Shown: piece by piece, positions 24,922 through 28,185 of the stretch
Position numbering within the stretch: position 1 is the first letter of the stretch
Layout of the letters: each line of letters starts with the position of its first letter
Assembly (NCBI GenBank): GCA_027021705.1
Contig: JALUTT010000125.1
Span: forward strand, 1 to 28,185
Direction: 5' to 3'
DNA from: Anaerolineae bacterium
Lineage (GTDB): Bacteria; Chloroflexota; Anaerolineae; S140-20
Length of the DNA: 28,185 bases
Program-made: the position numbers and the translations under genes
The notes under the pieces: model-generated
What the model was told of the DNA's origin: nothing
Database searches by the model: none
The model's input: only the letters and a program-made list of their open reading frames with translations

Positions 24922-26907
24922 ATGCTGACTCGCTGGAGATCCCGCCGGAGGCTTGTCCTGCTCTTCCTGCTCTTGCTGGTCGGCCTGCTGGGGTACCGGC
25001 TGTGGCGTGTCGGCCAGGCAGCCCTGGCGCTCCGGGACGACCTGAAGGCCCTCCAGGCCCTGGCCGATGCGGACCGCCCCGACATCACCGCCGCCACCAC
25101 GCTGCTGCGCGAGACCCACGCTGACCTGCTCACCCTGCGTCGGGAGGCCGGCCCCTTCCTGCCGCTGACCCGCTACCTGGGCTGGGTGCCCCGCTGGGGC
25201 GGGGAGGTCCGGGCCGCGCCCGACCTGCTGGCAATGGCGCTCTCGCTGACGGAGGCCGGCGTGACCGCCCTGGACGGCGTGGAGCCCCTGCTGGCCCTGG
25301 CCCAGGGCGAGGCCGAGGTCGGTCCTGAGGGACCGATGGCCCTGGTCGTCCGCACGCTGGACGAGGCGCGTCCCCAACTGGAGCAGGCCCAGACGCTCCT
25401 GGCGGACGCCCAGGCCCGGCGGGCAGCCATCGCCGACGAGGCCCTCTCCCCGCGCGTCCGCTCGCTCCTGGCCCGCCTCGACCGCTACCTGCCGCTGGCC
25501 CAGGCCGGCCTGGACCTGGCCCTGGTGGCCCCCGACCTTCTGGGGGGGCAGGGGGAGCGCCGCTACCTCATCCTGGTCCAGAACAACGACGAGCTGCGGG
25601 CCACCGGCGGCTTCATCAGCGCCGCCGGCCTCCTGACGCTGGACGCGGGGCAGATCGTGGACCTCCGCTTCGAGGACAGCTACGACGTGGACGACTGGAG
25701 CCGTTCGCCCCTCTTCCCCTCGCCGCCGGAACCGATCCGGCGCTACATGCTGGCCTACTACTGGGTCTTCCGCGACGCCAACTGGTCCCCCGACTTCCCC
25801 ACCTCGGCCCGGAAAGCGGCCGAGCTCTACCGCATCAGCCGGGACGCGGACGTGGACGGGGTCATCGCGGTGGACCAGCAGGCGGTGGTGCTCCTGCTCG
25901 CCCCGCTGGCCCCCCTCCGAGTGCCTAACTGGGAGGAGCCCGTCACCGGGGAGAACCTGATCCCGATGATGCGGCGGGCCTGGTCTCCTTCGGAGGAGGA
26001 AAAGGCGAAGGTGGACTGGGAGTCCCAGACCAACTGGCAGTGGTGGCAACGCCGCAAAGCCTTTATGGGGGATCTGGTGGCCGCTGCCCGCGCCAAGTTG
26101 GAGGGGAACCCCGGCGAGGTGGACTGGACGGCGCTGGGCCGCGCCCTCTACCGGGCACTGGAGGAACGCCACCTCCTGCTTTGGCTCTCCGAGCCCGAGG
26201 CGGCCCGGTTGCTCGCCCGGCAGGGGTGGGACGGGGCCCTTCGGCAGACCAGCAGCGACTACCTGATGGTGGTGGACAGCAACATCGGCTTCAACAAGGT
26301 CAACGCCCTGGTGGAGGAGCGCATCGTCTACGAGGTCACGCTGGGGGCCGATGGCGCTGCCCAGGCGACGCTGACCATCCACTACCGCAATCCCAGTCGG
26401 GCCGACGCTCCCTGCCGCCCCTCGCCCCACTACGGCGAGGACTACGAGGCGATTATGCACCGCTGCTACTGGGACTACCTGCGGGTCTACGTCCCGGTGG
26501 GCAGCCAACTGCTGTCGGGCGAGGGGGTTCCCATCCCCGCCGAGATGATGCTGAACGGGGAGGCGACCCAGGGGGAGATTGAGCAGATGCCGGGGGAAGC
26601 GGGGAAAGCGGTCTTCGCCACACTGCTGATGGTCCCTCGCCAGGGAGAGGCTCAGGTGCGCCTCACCTACCGGCTCCCCGCCGGCGTGGTGGAGCGAACG
26701 GAGGAGGGATGGCGTTACCACCTGCTGGTCCAGAAGCAGGCCGGGACGCTGGGACACCCCCTGCAGGTGGTCGTCCGGCTGCCGGCCGGCGCCGAGGTGC
26801 TCGGGAGCCGTCCGGCCGGCACGATGGATGAAACGGGGCGCTGGGTCTACACCACCCGCCTGACGACGGATCAGCAGGTTGAGGTTCGGTACCGTTTCGC
26901 CCCTTGA
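24922..26907 (+). CDS. DUF4012 domain membrane-anchored protein
   Basis: N-terminal TM; YLILVQNNDELRATGGFI, RDANWSPDFPTSA, VDGVIAVD, NIGFNKVN, YLRVYVPVGS, QKQAG; GAGGAGAGG SD before ATG 24922. Confidence 0.88.
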   Translation: MLTRWRSRRRLVLLFLLLLVGLLGYRLWRVGQAALALRDDLKALQALADADRPDITAATTLLRETHADLLTLRREAGPFLPLTRYLGWVPRWGGEVRAAPDLLAMALSLTEAGVTALDGVEPLLALAQGEAEVGPEGPMALVVRTLDEARPQLEQAQTLLADAQARRAAIADEALSPRVRSLLARLDRYLPLAQAGLDLALVAPDLLGGQGERRYLILVQNNDELRATGGFISAAGLLTLDAGQIVDLRFEDSYDVDDWSRSPLFPSPPEPIRRYMLAYYWVFRDANWSPDFPTSARKAAELYRISRDADVDGVIAVDQQAVVLLLAPLAPLRVPNWEEPVTGENLIPMMRRAWSPSEEEKAKVDWESQTNWQWWQRRKAFMGDLVAAARAKLEGNPGEVDWTALGRALYRALEERHLLLWLSEPEAARLLARQGWDGALRQTSSDYLMVVDSNIGFNKVNALVEERIVYEVTLGADGAAQATLTIHYRNPSRADAPCRPSPHYGEDYEAIMHRCYWDYLRVYVPVGSQLLSGEGVPIPAEMMLNGEATQGEIEQMPGEAGKAVFATLLMVPRQGEAQVRLTYRLPAGVVERTEEGWRYHLLVQKQAGTLGHPLQVVVRLPAGAEVLGSRPAGTMDETGRWVYTTRLTTDQQVEVRYRFAP

Positions 26908-26920
26908 CCGACGACAGCGC

Positions 26921-27895
26921 TCAGGCCAGCTCGACCAGGATGTCGCGCAGCAGCGCCGTCTCCAGGTTGCCGCCGGAGAGGATGCAGACGACGGTCTGAC
27001 CGGCAACGTCGAGGCTCCCATCCAGCAAGGGGGCGATGGCGATGGCCCCCGAGGGCTCCACCACCAACTGCTCCTGATCCAGCAGGGCGAAGACGGCCCG
27101 TCGCAGCCCGGCCTCGCTGACCAGGAGCACCCGCTCGATGAGGGTTCGGGCGATGTAGAAGGGCATGGCCCCGAACCCCCCGGCCAGCCCGTCGGCGATG
27201 GTGGGCTCGTGGTCGTAGGGATCGTAGGGAACGCCGTCGCGCAGGCTGAGGAACGCCGCCGGGCTGGCTTCGGGCTGCAGGCCGATCACCCGGCAGCCCG
27301 GCGACATCTCCTTGACCGCCGTGGCCACGCCGGCGACCATCCCTCCTCCCCCGATGGGTACCAGGACCAAGTCGGCCTCCGGCAGGTCCGTCAGGACCTC
27401 CAGCCCCAGCGTCCCCTGACCGGCGATCACGTCCACGTCGTCATAGGCGGAGACGTAGGTGGCCCCGGTCTCGCGGGCGAAGCGCTCCGCTGCCTGGTGG
27501 GCCTCCTCGTAGGTCGTCCCTTCCTGGTGGAGGGTCACCCCGAGGCGGCGCAGCTTCTCCACTTTAGCGCGGGAGGCGTTGCGGGGCACGAAGATGTCGG
27601 CCCGCGCCCTGTCCCAGACCTGGGCGGCGTAGGCGAGGCCCAACCCGTGGTTGCCCGCCGAGGCCGTGACCAGCCCCCGGGCCCGCTCCTCGGGCGTCAG
27701 CAGGCCGACCTTGTTCAGCGCACCACGCACCTTGAAGGAGCCGGTCGTCTGCCAGCACTCCAGCTTGAGCCAGACGTCGGCCCCGGTGCGGGCGCTTAGG
27801 AAGGCGCTGCGCACCAGCGGCGTGCGCCGGATGAAGGGGGCGATACGCCGCTGCGCCTGCAAGATGGACCGCAGTCCCAATGTTGTGCGGGGCAT
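26921..27895 (-). CDS. PLP-dependent threonine/serine dehydratase family enzyme without an ACT domain
   Basis: RTPL, LKLECWQTTGSFKVRGA, TASAGNHG, GQGTLGLE, PIGGGGMVAG, TIADGL, VEPSGA, LSGGN. Confidence 0.92.
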   Translation of the reverse strand: MPRTTLGLRSILQAQRRIAPFIRRTPLVRSAFLSARTGADVWLKLECWQTTGSFKVRGALNKVGLLTPEERARGLVTASAGNHGLGLAYAAQVWDRARADIFVPRNASRAKVEKLRRLGVTLHQEGTTYEEAHQAAERFARETGATYVSAYDDVDVIAGQGTLGLEVLTDLPEADLVLVPIGGGGMVAGVATAVKEMSPGCRVIGLQPEASPAAFLSLRDGVPYDPYDHEPTIADGLAGGFGAMPFYIARTLIERVLLVSEAGLRRAVFALLDQEQLVVEPSGAIAIAPLLDGSLDVAGQTVVCILSGGNLETALLRDILVELA

Positions 27896-27910
27896 TTCTC
27901 CCCCCTGAAG

Positions 27911-27940
27911 GCAGCCCCGGAATGGGGATTCCGGGGCTGC
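27911..27940. terminator. 13-bp perfect hairpin downstream of groEL (no U-tract)
   Basis: GCAGCCCCGGAAT-GGGG-ATTCCGGGGCTGC. Confidence 0.55.
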
Positions 27941-28006
27941 GGGAGTCCGGTAGCGTCGAAACGGGAAATCCGGCGCGGGGCTGTAGCCGGTCCAACGAGG
28001 ACAGGA

Positions 28007-28185
28007 CTAGTAAGCCGGCATCCCACCGTGGGGTGGGTGGGACTCTTCTTCTGGAATGTCGGTGATGAGGGCCTCGGTGGTGAGGATCATCGCCGCGATG
28101 CTGGCCGCGTTCTCCAAAGCCCCCTTCGTCACCTTCGCCGGGTCAATGATCCCCGCTTCCACCATATCCACGTACTCATCGGCGA
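28007..28185 (-). CDS. groEL: chaperonin GroEL, 3' end only
   Basis: Not in the ORF track. Manual translation: [58 protein letters not shown]. Confidence 0.95.
   Translation of the reverse strand, partial: ADEYVDMVEAGIIDPAKVTKGALENAASIAAMILTTEALITDIPEEESHPPHGGMPAY

Noticed and set aside
24889..27021. Long antisense ORFs (710 aa here; also 17988-19286, 16790-17980, 8016-9098, 3573-4676, 2431-3465)
   Set aside because: Antisense shadows of well-supported genes, expected in GC-rich DNA; no motifs.
27945..27957. ops/JUMPstart-like CCGGTAGCGTC
   Set aside because: Imperfect match to GGCGGTAGCGTG, on the wrong strand for the local genes and not upstream of the glycan operon.

Overview
GC-rich bacterial chromosome segment, most consistent with Chloroflexota (Anaerolineae-like). 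This is inferred from a KYWGN-type mevalonate decarboxylase, a DUF4012 protein and lipoproteins with Pro/Thr linkers. Left, minus strand: truncated Cache-type membrane sensor, ruvA-ruvC-yebC, DUF72, ftsK and a 3-domain S1 protein. Next come a divergent MGDG-synthase-like GT28, a probable mevalonate-5-phosphate decarboxylase, and an ABC ATPase with an ABC-2/SpoIIM-fused permease. Centre, plus strand: tRNA-fMet, tRNA-Met, rtcA, a GAF protein, RNase Z, a small Zn-finger protein, two HtrA lipoproteins, a bacterial aeRF1-family protein and a divergent TIM-family isomerase. Right: a surface-glycosylation cluster (O-antigen-ligase-like, GT-C/UPF0104 flippase fusion, GT4; divergent DUF4012), a PLP Ser/Thr dehydratase and the 3' end of groEL. 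No integrase, transposase or CRISPR array was seen. The most notable items are the tRNA-Met/rtcA/RNase Z/aeRF1-like neighbourhood, the GT-C-flippase fusion, a nested repeat element between divergent promoters (11693-11880), and a four-way-junction element flanked by 8-bp direct repeats (24763-24900). All calls come from motif recognition by eye; no database searches were run.
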